DNA of 32,000 nucleotides, taken from positions 4,320,001 through 4,352,000 of the forward strand of contig NC_008312.1 of NCBI RefSeq assembly GCF_000014265.1. The letters are read 5' to 3'. This DNA is from Trichodesmium erythraeum IMS101. GTDB taxonomy: Bacteria; Cyanobacteriota; Cyanobacteriia; Cyanobacteriales; Microcoleaceae. Shown here piece after piece: positions 9,206 through 19,109 of the stretch; positions within the stretch are counted from its first letter, which is position 1, and every line of letters starts with the position of its first letter. The notes beneath the pieces are model-generated. The model searched no databases, had not been told where the DNA came from, and was given only the letters and a program-made list of their open reading frames with translations. Position numbers and translations under genes: made by a program.

Positions 9206-10149
9206 TATAGTTATTATGAATAAGAATAGTACAATATAGGGGGTAAAATCAACTAGAATAAACTATTTAAAGAATATCTTACAGTCTAGATTTACAAACA
9301 AGAGTCATTGATTATATTGAAAATGGAGGAAGTATTTTATCCGCCGCCAGAATCTATAAAGTGGGACGTTCTACAATATATCGGTAGCTAGCAAGAGTAT
9401 AATTAAAACTGACAAAAGTCACAAGACGCCAGCGAAAACTAGATGGGCAGGCATTAGAACAAGATGTGAAAGAAAATCCAGATTTAAGATTGTCCCCTCA
9501 AGCTGTTAAGTTTGGAGTTAATATTAGTTCAATTGGTTATGGGCTGCATCAAATGAGAATTACACAAAAAAAAAGAATTAAGGAATCGAGAAAGAAATAG
9601 GCAGCGAAAGAATAAAATACTATAAATTACTCAGAGAATTGAGCAAAAAATATGGGATATAAAGCCTTGTATATATTGATGAGAGAGGATTTGAGTCATT
9701 CCAAGAATGTCTATATGCCTGGTCAAAGAGAGGGAAAAAAGTCAGAGGGTAGAAACAAGGCAAAAGGAAAAAAAGAGAAAACTTGGTAGTAGGAAGAAGA
9801 AAAAGAAAGAAAGATTAAATTACCCCAATGATTTTTGAAAGAAGCTTAAAGGCTGTTGGATTTGAGGGATGGCTAGAATAATATTTATTACCATCAGTTG
9901 AGGGAAAATTAGTCCTAATAATGGACAATGCACCAATTCATAGAAAAACCCTGATTAAAGAATTAGTCAATGAGCAAGGACATGAGGTTATATTTCTCCC
10001 TAAATACTCTCCAGATTTAAATTATTAAGAACAGGACTTTGGCACATTAAAGAAGAAAAGAATGTAGGAAAGAAAAGATAAATCCATTGATGATATCATT
10101 CGAGATTATTGTGCCTCTTAATGTCCTAGTATTATTCAGAATGACTATA
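9206..10149 (+). mobile_element. Degenerate IS630-family insertion sequence with recognisable terminal inverted repeats
   Basis: The TIRs are TATAGTTATTATGAATAAGAATAGTAC (9206-9232) and the reverse complement of 10123-10149, TATAGTCATTCTGAATAATACTAGGAC (22/27 identical). The internal frame is broken many times: RVIDYIENGGSILSAARIYKVGRSTIYR* ... LVLIMDNAPIHRKTLIKELVNEQGHEVIFLPKYSPDLNY*. Confidence 0.8.
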
Positions 10150-10340
10150 TCATCAATAACTTTCCTTAATAAGGATACAAATAGTTATGCTTTTTTAAAG
10201 GCACCTGAAAAGAAGATAATAGTCAACAATTAACTTTTGGTTGAATTCCTCAGAAATAGGAAGAAACTCTAGGATGACGCCAATTGAGTTTTTCTCCCTA
10301 TAATTTTTGGTATTATACGTCAGTTCTTACTAGGTTTATG

Positions 10341-11639
<1,299 letters not shown>

Positions 11640-12356
11640 TTATTTTGTCAAGTTTAATGGCATTGGCTAAATACTAAATCTAGGGTTATGGAAAGTTGGT
11701 CTTTAGGCCATAACTAGCAATCTTTAGCTATTCCACTGAACAGAATAAGGGTTAATTCTGTTTTTTAGCTAGATATCAAAAATGTTTAATAATTTTATTC
11801 GTTATTTTTCGAGGATATTAACACTACTGATATCAAGCAAATATTAAAAATTTTATATTTTTTTTTATACATAAATAATTCATACATAACATTATAGCAG
11901 GGAAGGGAAGAGCCTTAATATCTACAAATAGTAAGTATATAATCTTAGACATGTCCGTAAGCCCTTTAGTTATAACAGGGATTACGCAAGCATATATATA
12001 TAGGGTAAAGTTCTATTAAATTGTTAATACTATAATTTAATTAGTTGTTTTTTGGATATATGACTTTGAAGAAAAGTCATATATATATTATTTAGTAACA
12101 GTAAAATCACAAAATCTCTCAAAATAAACTACCACTTTTTAAATTAATTTGAGAAAAATATTTAATGATTAGACAATAATGACAGGATTATATTATACAA
12201 ATTACCATAAACTCTGCTATATCTAAATTTGTATTTAAAAATATTATTAGTCCGATAAAATGCTTAATACTTGGTGGCTAATATTATAACGATTTACAGT
12301 TTTCCCTAATTACAAGTAGGGCAAAAATTTTGAAAAATAGTATTACTTGTAAAAAT

Positions 12357-12660
12357 ATGGATTTTAATTATGTTCTAACTCGTCAATATTTACTTAAACT
12401 TCACACAAATTATACAATCACGCTCCTTAGCACTCCCCAGATCGAAAATATTAGCCATGATACAATAAACCATCATTTAAAATATTAGTCTTTAAATTCA
12501 CAAGAATTAGGTCGAAATATCAAATAAGAAATCGCCCCAGATAAAAATGAATAATATAGCTTACCTATCAATTATTAATACTTTAGTTGGTTGTTTCTTT
12601 GGATTGTTTTACCTTAATATTAGGATTGAAATTGGTGATTTTGGCGCGTGATTGTACTTC
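12357..12660 (+). pseudogene. IS701/IS4-like DDE transposase, N-terminal relic
   Basis: ATG 12357 opens MDFNYVLTRQYLLKLHTNYTITLLSTPQIENISHDTINHHLKY*. By eye this matches the conserved N-terminus (..TRQYLL...NYT.T.L......SHD.IN.YL) of a cyanobacterial DDE transposase family. Downstream frames give LGRNIK*EIAPDKNE and AYLSIINTLV (a decayed YLIIDDT block). Confidence 0.45.
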
Positions 12661-12787
12661 CATGGTAATCATCTAACTATTAACTGAAAATCATTTTATA
12701 TAGAGTCTCTTAACAATCCCAGAAATATACAACTAATTTTACTTAATTACTTATAACCATTATTGTGATATAATTAGACTCCACTAA

Positions 12788-14110
12788 ATACTACTAGTCA
12801 ATGAAATCTTAAAAAGAGTACTACAACAAAAACAAAAGTCAGTAATAAAATTTTTATTAAATTTTATTCCTCCCCATCCAATTCCTGAAGCAGGTATTAA
12901 GCAAGTCATAAAATTAATTCAAAAAGGAAGACTTTATCGTTACAATTTCTCCAATAATTTTAGCAATTGTAGTGATTCTTATGATCTAAATAATGAAGAT
13001 GAAGAATTGGCGACTGAGGTAGCCAAGCTAGAATATGAGTTTAGTGTAAAGACTAAACATCAGTATGTTATTACTGTTAACTTATATGGAAGTGCTATCT
13101 TCTTAGTACTAAAAGCAAGTGGAGTCAATTTTCGCAACAAAATATTAACTAATGCTTTTACCTTCACAGCAGTTCCTAGTAGTATTATTCATGCTGGTGG
13201 TATCCCTATCTATGTGGAGTGTAACTAGAAATATATTATTTAGCTTGGAGATTTAAAACACAAAATAGAAGTTCATCAAGATGCTAAGTTTTTTGTTTTG
13301 TCCCAGATGAGAGAACATATATCTAATTTAGATGCTATTAAGAATATTTGCACTCAAGCTAGAATTTATTTTATAGAAGATTGCGCTCATAGTCTAGGAG
13401 CAAAATGGAACGGAAACTTAGTTGGACATCATGGAGAAATTGCTTGCTTTAGTACCCAAAGTTATAAGGCACTCAACTCTGGTGAAGGGGGGTTAATTGA
13501 CACCAATAATGTACAATTTGCTGTCTATTATATTCTAGCAGCTAGTTATTACGAGAGGCTTTACAAGAAACATTTTGTTGTCTTGATAATGATAATTTAT
13601 TTGAAAAATTTAAAGCATCATATTCCTAATTTTAGTTTGAGAATAAGTAATTTAACGGCTGCTGTTTTAAGACCTCAGATAGAATTTTTAGAAAACAAGA
13701 TATCCTAAACAGGCAGGCAAAGGTACGACAAATTAGTCAAAATTATTAGCTCTGTTAAGAATATTTATATTCCCTCTCCTCTGGAAACAGTAGAAACAGC
13801 CCCTGACAGTTTATCATTTAATCTTTTGGGATTAACTTCACAACAATTAGGTAATATTCGTACAACAAACTAGACAGAGGGGTGTAACTATCTAAATATT
13901 TGGCAAAGGTGATAATTATCGTTATTACAAAAACTGGCAATATTCATTTACAGAAACACCTAGTTTAAAAAAACTGAATCAATTATTTTTTCTGCTTGTG
14001 ATCTGAGATTACCATCATCTTTTAATGTAGATGACCTTAATTTAATAGGCCACATTATCAAAGATACTCTTTATAAAATATTGAGAGAAGATGATCTTCA
14101 AGATTATCTC
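12788..14110 (+). pseudogene. DegT/DnrJ/EryC1/StrS-family (sugar) aminotransferase, inactivated
   Basis: One long frame contains AKLEYEFSVKTKHQYVITVNLYGSAIFLVLKASGV..NAFTFTAVPSSIIHAGGIPIYVECN, then FIEDCAHSLGAKWNGNLVGHHGEIACFSTQSYKALNSGEGG (PLP-Lys region). It is interrupted by TAG at 13226 and 13241 and TAA at 13706. The tail is frameshifted (VTI*IFGKGDNYRYYKNWQY..CDLRLPSSFNVDDLNLIGHIIKDTL). There is no in-frame ATG at the 5' end. Confidence 0.8.
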
Positions 14111-14693
14111 AATGGTTTAACACAATACTTTGAAAATATAGAAGAAGTCAAAAGCAAATACGACAACTAGGTATCATTTTATGACCAAGAACATTACGAT
14201 AATGGCTGGACAGTTTTACTCAACCATTTTGCTTATACCTTAATATCATATTTAAAGAAAAATGCTTTGATTTTAAATATTGGGTGTGGGAAGGGAATTA
14301 GGTCGAAAACTCAATTCTTATGACTTCAAAAACCTCCAAAGTCTAGACATTAGCCAAAAATATTTGGAGATATTAAAAGACCAAGATATATATAAAGCTT
14401 TGCATCTAGAAAAATTAGGTGAAACTCTTCCTTTTGCAGATAATCAGTTTGATGTTTTAGTATCAACTGGTGTTTTTACTCGTAATCAAGTTCCTTTAGA
14501 AAGCTTTGAAGAACTAATTCAGATTCTCAAGCCGGGTGTTATTTTTGCTGTGGTTCTCAGAGTCGAAAATGATGACTTGTATTACAAACAAATCAAAAGC
14601 TATTCTACTATAAATATCTGGGAAGAAGTTTTAAATACAAAAATTAGTATCTTAAAAATTTACAACTACGAGCTATTAATTTTACAAAAGTAG
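14111..14693 (+). pseudogene. Class I SAM-dependent methyltransferase, inactivated
   Basis: Reads KYDN*VSFYDQEHYDNGW (TAG 14168-14170 where methyltransferases have YD.W..YD), then motif I ILNIGCGKG in frame 2. A frameshift near 14296 leads into the track ORF 14280..14693 (ELGRKL..LDISQKYLEILK..FDVLVSTGVF..LKPGVIFAVV). Confidence 0.75.
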
Positions 14694-15300
14694 GCTGAAA
14701 AATAGATGAAGATACTGTTAGCAAAAGTAATCATTATTGTAACTTCTACCAATTGCCATGGATTAATGCTATACTTAAGTAATACTTCAAAATTTTAAGT
14801 CATTAACATACTAAGTAAATAACTTCAAACTATGTTAATTCTTATTATTTTATACAGACATTCCACGCAACGTTTCTACCACGACTCCTCTGCCCAACTC
14901 CATCTCCTTGGTAGGAGGGGAGCAAGATAGGTCCCCTGCTATTGGAAAATGTGGAAAAGTTTTTCAAGAATGGCATCATACCCTTTATTAAAAGTAATGC
15001 TATGTTTGGGAAGTGGTAAAAATGACTAGAAAAATCACAGAGGTTATTAAAAAAAAGAACTATGTCAATACATAGTATTGATAAATATAAAATTCAACTA
15101 TAGCAAATTGTTTTGAGAATTTGTACTATGGGAGAGCAAAATGGCATTATACTCTGCACTTTAGTCTACCGAAATGAACACAGGTATCAGTAAAGGTATA
15201 AATCTTTACTTGGACTTCTATCTTTAACTGACCAAAGAAATATTCTTTGAGAACAAGTCAAATATTCCTAAGTTTTAAATATGGTCGCTTACTTTGAAGC
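14631..15300. repeat. Segmental duplication, copy A (methyltransferase 3' end, spacer, relic of permease 3' end)
   Basis: Collinear with 16005-16672. The blocks 14631-14826, 14857-14959 and 15113-15300 align to 16005-16201, 16363-16464 and 16468-16672 with scattered substitutions and indels. Confidence 0.8.
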
Positions 15301-15573
15301 ATTTTTTTCTGTAAAATTTAGGTTTAATTACTCTCTCCCCGCTAGAAAATTACCAAGCAAAATCTGGCTATAAGCTATATGATGCAAAAAATTACTGATT
15401 ATAATCTTGCACAGGGAAAAAGGTACCTTTTTTTTGCTGCTTCTGCTTTTTTTTAGTATATAAATTTAGTTTTCTAGCTGAGGAAGTGGAAGATTAACAA
15501 TGATGTATAATAGTTGGATTTTAATTTTAAATTTTCTAAGAAATTGAAAACTATTATACCATGATAATAGTTA

Positions 15574-15596
15574 GAGACGTTCCACAGGAACGCCTC
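15574..15596 (-). terminator. Near-perfect palindrome GAGACGTTCC ACA GGAACGCCTC just 3' of the small ORF
   Basis: 10-bp stem with one G:U on the minus-strand RNA (the equivalent position is A:C on the plus strand) and a 3-nt loop. It lies 24 nt past the TAG of the 15620..15760 ORF on the minus strand. There is no U-tract, so terminator function is uncertain. Confidence 0.3.
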
Positions 15597-15619
15597 TAAA
15601 AAGTTTGGATTAGTATTAA

Positions 15620-15760
15620 CTAACCAACTGTGTAAGCAGTATTAAGTCCCCAGAAAAGGAGAAAGACTATACTACCTAAGATAAGAATCGCAGAAATAGC
15701 GATCGCCCTGGGAGTATCTGCTCCCTTAAATTTCATTATGCCACGGTCAAGGTCAGACAT
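15620..15760 (-). CDS. Small single-pass membrane protein, 46 aa (below ORF-track cutoff)
   Basis: ATG at 15760-15758 is preceded by GGAGA with an 8-nt spacer. It encodes MSDLDRGIMKFKGADTPRAIAISAILILGSIVFLLFWGLNTAYTVG with TAG at 15622-15620. It has a polar N-terminus, one clear TM helix, higher GC than its surroundings, and a stem-loop immediately downstream. Confidence 0.5.
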   Translation of the reverse strand: MSDLDRGIMKFKGADTPRAIAISAILILGSIVFLLFWGLNTAYTVG

Positions 15761-15831
15761 AGTATTGATCTCCTAAATTATGCTTTTTATTTTAACTGAT
15801 AATTTCTATAAATACCTCTATTTTGATCACT

Positions 15832-15915
15832 ATGGTAGGAGTAACGGAGGGAAAAATCATTTTGTTAGTAGAAGATAATGCCGGATGGCATCGCACTCAA
15901 AAAGTTAAGATATAG
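15832..15915 (+). pseudogene. IS630-like transposase fragment (DDE core only)
   Basis: Reads MVGVTEGKIILLVEDNAGWHRTQKVKI*. The D-N-A-G-W-H block is typical of IS630-type DDE transposases, and nothing else of the gene remains. Confidence 0.5.
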
Positions 15916-16004
15916 CAGTCGAAGCATAGGTTAAGACATCAATATTCGGTTATATGAGCAAATCCGGAATAGAGAGAGCGTCCTAAGTTTTTGTATTTAT
16001 TGCT

Positions 16005-16672
16005 ATAAACACAAAAATTAGTGTCTTAAAAAGTTGGAGCTACCGGCTAGTAATTTTACAAAAGTAGGCTGAAAAATAGATGAAAATACTGTTGACAAAA
16101 GTAATTATTATGGTAACTAATAGCAATTTCCATAGATTAATGCTATACTTAGGTAACATTTCAGAAATTTAAGTTATTAATATATATAAGTAAATAACTT
16201 CTTTGAGTAATTTAATGTCGCGAATTTTGTGAATCATGTGATACCAATTTTCTTAAGCATGGCTACACATCATACTCAAGAATGAAATCATATAATCTTA
16301 TTAATATTAAGTAATGTAGTCTAAGTTTATGAAATTGATATTAATTTGTCTGATTTCGTAAGGACATTCATGCAACATCTCTACTCCTACTCCCTTAGTC
16401 ACCCCCATCCCTTCGGTGGGAAGCGGGCAATATCTGTCCCCTACTATTGGAAAAGATAGAAAAGTGTTTGAGAAATAGTATTATGGAGTATCAATGTAGC
16501 CTTATGTTCTGCACTTTGGTCTACCCTATAGGAAAACTGCTGTAAGTAAAAGTATAAATCTTTACTAGGACTTCTATCTTTGAAGTGACCAAAAAAATAT
16601 TATTTGAGGACAAGTAAAATATTCTTAAGCTTTAAATACGATCGCCGGATCGATGCGAGTTACTTTTTGAAT
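16005..16672. repeat. Segmental duplication, copy B (relic of methyltransferase 3' end, spacer, real permease 3' end)
   Basis: 16005-16067 still reads INTKISVLKSWSYRLVILQK*, compared with LNTKISILKIYNYELLILQK* at the end of the 14280..14693 ORF. The copy runs into the last codons of the permease gene (stop 16625-16627). It carries the MITE-like insert at 16241-16341 that copy A lacks. Confidence 0.8.
16241..16341. repeat. 101-bp palindromic MITE-like element, copy 2 (inverted relative to copy 1)
   Basis: 94/101 identical to the reverse complement of 4761-4861. It is present in duplication copy B but absent from the homologous position of copy A (between 14826 and 14857). Confidence 0.75.
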
Positions 16673-17872
16673 TGCAAAGAAAGCTGATCCTACACACATT
16701 ACAACAGTTACACCTAATACCCCTAGTGCAGACAAAGGTGTAATTAAAATAATAATTCCTTTACTTGCCACCCAACTACTCAATCCTAAACAAACCAATA
16801 TCCCAGGAATATAACCCAAAACTGCCATCCAGATTGCCTGTTCCACAATTATTGTGTATAACTCTTGATCAGATGCACCCATTGCCTTGAGAGTGCCAAA
16901 CTCCTTAATATGGTCAGATACAGAAGAATATAAAATCTGAGCCACCACAACTATCCCTACAATTACACCTACTACTGCCCCCATTCCCAACACTAAACCA
17001 ATATTTGTTCGTGCCAACCAAAAAAATCTAGTTTTTTCAGATAATTCCTTTCTAGTGTAAGCAGCAGTACCCGTCATTACCTCTTCTATTTTTTGTTTTA
17101 AAACTTGTAGATCTTCTCCTGGTTTAGCTTTAACTAATATATAAGCGATTGGATCTGCTATTTCTAATGTTTTGGGTGCTGGTATTTCTTTTAACTTTTG
17201 AGTGGGGTCTTTTTTCTCCATTACCCTTGTACATTGAAAATTTCCTGCTCCTACCATTTTGCAGTTAACTTCAGCATTAATACCGGCACTAATGTAGGTA
17301 TTTGCATTTTCCAGAGATGTAAATAATAAGGTACTTGATACAATTGATTGAGTACCTTTTGTTACTGCAACTAATTTTGCTGGTAAAGAACCAGCGATCG
17401 CTGTTGTTCCTATTCCTTTTGAGAGCATACTAGATAATCTGCTCTGGTCGGCCATCACTGCAAAAGGTTGTTTTAAGTCCCTGAGATTACCTTCAACAAC
17501 ATTTCCTGGATTAAAGAGTTGTCCATCTGGGTTAAATCCAATTACCATTAATGGACTCATGTCTCCATTTTGAGGTCGCCATCTAACAGAGCCTAAAATT
17601 AAAGCTTCTACTTGCTGGACACCATCTATAGTTTTTGCCTGGTTTGATTGGCCATAAAGTAGGGGGTCTGTCAGCTCAAAATTGACCATTTCATCAGAAG
17701 TGATCCAAATATCTGCATTGGATTGATCTATTAATAAGGTTGTGGAACGAGCAAAACCATTTAATATACCTGTTTGGATTGTTACTAAGCTAACTGCAAA
17801 TAATATTCCTGCTTGGGCTACTATAAACCGAGGAATATCTTCTAATAAATTTTTGCGAGCTATAGAAGCCAT
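16625..17872 (-). CDS. ABC exporter permease, FtsX/MacB-DevC type
   Basis: 415 aa. It has an N-terminal TM helix (FIVAQAGILFAVSLVTIQTGIL), a roughly 230-aa extracytoplasmic domain and three C-terminal TM helices, which is the FtsX-domain topology. The N-terminal pattern resembles DevC-family permeases. Confidence 0.8.
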   Translation of the reverse strand: MASIARKNLLEDIPRFIVAQAGILFAVSLVTIQTGILNGFARSTTLLIDQSNADIWITSDEMVNFELTDPLLYGQSNQAKTIDGVQQVEALILGSVRWRPQNGDMSPLMVIGFNPDGQLFNPGNVVEGNLRDLKQPFAVMADQSRLSSMLSKGIGTTAIAGSLPAKLVAVTKGTQSIVSSTLLFTSLENANTYISAGINAEVNCKMVGAGNFQCTRVMEKKDPTQKLKEIPAPKTLEIADPIAYILVKAKPGEDLQVLKQKIEEVMTGTAAYTRKELSEKTRFFWLARTNIGLVLGMGAVVGVIVGIVVVAQILYSSVSDHIKEFGTLKAMGASDQELYTIIVEQAIWMAVLGYIPGILVCLGLSSWVASKGIIILITPLSALGVLGVTVVMCVGSAFFAIQKVTRIDPAIVFKA

Positions 17873-19109
17873 ATTGTTTCAGTCAAACTATAGAAAGGTG
17901 CATCAACAATATAGCAATAGTGATGCTTCCTACACTAAATCAAAATTTAACAGTACTCAAGAGCCAGAAGCTTTTGTTTTCAAAGGGATGGGAGAGTAAC
18001 CCTACAAAAACATTTCCTTTAAAAGGTCTGGTTGTTTCACCCAATTATTTTAACAAAAAATCTTGTAGTAATTTTTGAGTCTTAGAATTTCAATCGTAAT
18101 GGTTTATAGCAAACTAAAGAGTTATTATTGTAGAGGGTAAAAATTTTGATTTATTATAATATTGGTATATTCCCCGACTGTTAGGCTAGATGCAGGGTTA
18201 GTTCTACCTAATAGAAGTTCTTCAATTGATTGAGGTTTCGCAGTCTAGTGCAATGTTTTGTCGCCAGCGCGAAACTTGACTTTAGTTTTGCCCTTACTCG
18301 GTGCGTTTGTTTTTTGTCTGGGGCTATCCGCCTCGCGACTAATACATAAGTAATATATAATACAGCATATTTTGGAAAAATGATGTATGGAGTAAATAGT
18401 AAAAATCATGTATTCCTGGTATCTTACTCGCGTAGCTCTACTTTATAACAATGCAAATAACTGTAATATATTTATTACTGCACTTTTATCACGGTCATGT
18501 TTAGTACCACAGTTAAGATAAAAGCATCTGCGCGCGAGGGAATTAATACATCTGATTTTCCACTTTTAAATCTACAACTAGAGCAAATTTGAGATATTAA
18601 TTCCCAACGACTAATTACTCTAAAATTACGACCCATAAGACCTATTTTTCAGCTTTCAGACATTAGCTCTACATCTGACACCCACTCCTCTTAACTATCG
18701 GGATAGGTTATAGTTTTTTATCATACCAGAAATATATTATCGTTTTTAAACATAGTTAAGTAGGTATTCACAGGTATTCACAGAAATTACTTAACTATAT
18801 TAAATTTTCTAAAGTTACTTCAATGGACTCTAGATAGTTGATTGGAATTAATTTGAGAAGAATTTACATTTTGTTAGGCAGCAACAAATTTTAACATATA
18901 CCTAATTATAGCAGAAACTTCTGACCACCATTATCTATATTCAGTCTTTTCAGCTTAAGTAATAAACAGTTTGTAGCAAGGGAGTTAACAGGTTTTTTCT
19001 CCGTTAGAGCATACCTTTCACAGGAAAAAAAATAGACTATCATTAATTGCTTGGGGTTGGTTTAAATTACCATGCTCTTAAACCTAAAACCTATCAACTT
19101 CTTTAATTG

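Noticed and set aside
13226-14170. Recurrent in-frame TAG codons in the aminotransferase-methyltransferase region as possible stop-codon recoding
   Set aside because: TAA stops and at least two frameshifts also interrupt the same gene. The TAGs fall at positions with different expected residues, except for one Trp position, and intact genes in the window use TAG as a normal stop. Plain pseudogenisation explains it.
17873-18350. Relic of a devB-type membrane-fusion gene upstream of the permease
   Set aside because: Minus-strand translations gave only short stop-free stretches (for example VLVARRIAPDKKQTHRVRAKLKSSFALATKH) with no adaptor-family motifs I could recognise. It cannot be supported without a translated database search.
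18316-18530. tmRNA-like start GGGGCTATCCGCCTCGCGAC, plus a downstream reading frame beginning ANN (GCA AAT AAC at 18453) like cyanobacterial tag peptides
   Set aside because: The putative tag reads ANNCNIFITALLSRSCLVPQLR* and does not end in the usual (L/V)AA. There is no tRNA-like 3' end (no GGTTCGA..CCA) within 1 kb, and no pseudoknot-rich GC segments. The resemblance is probably coincidental.
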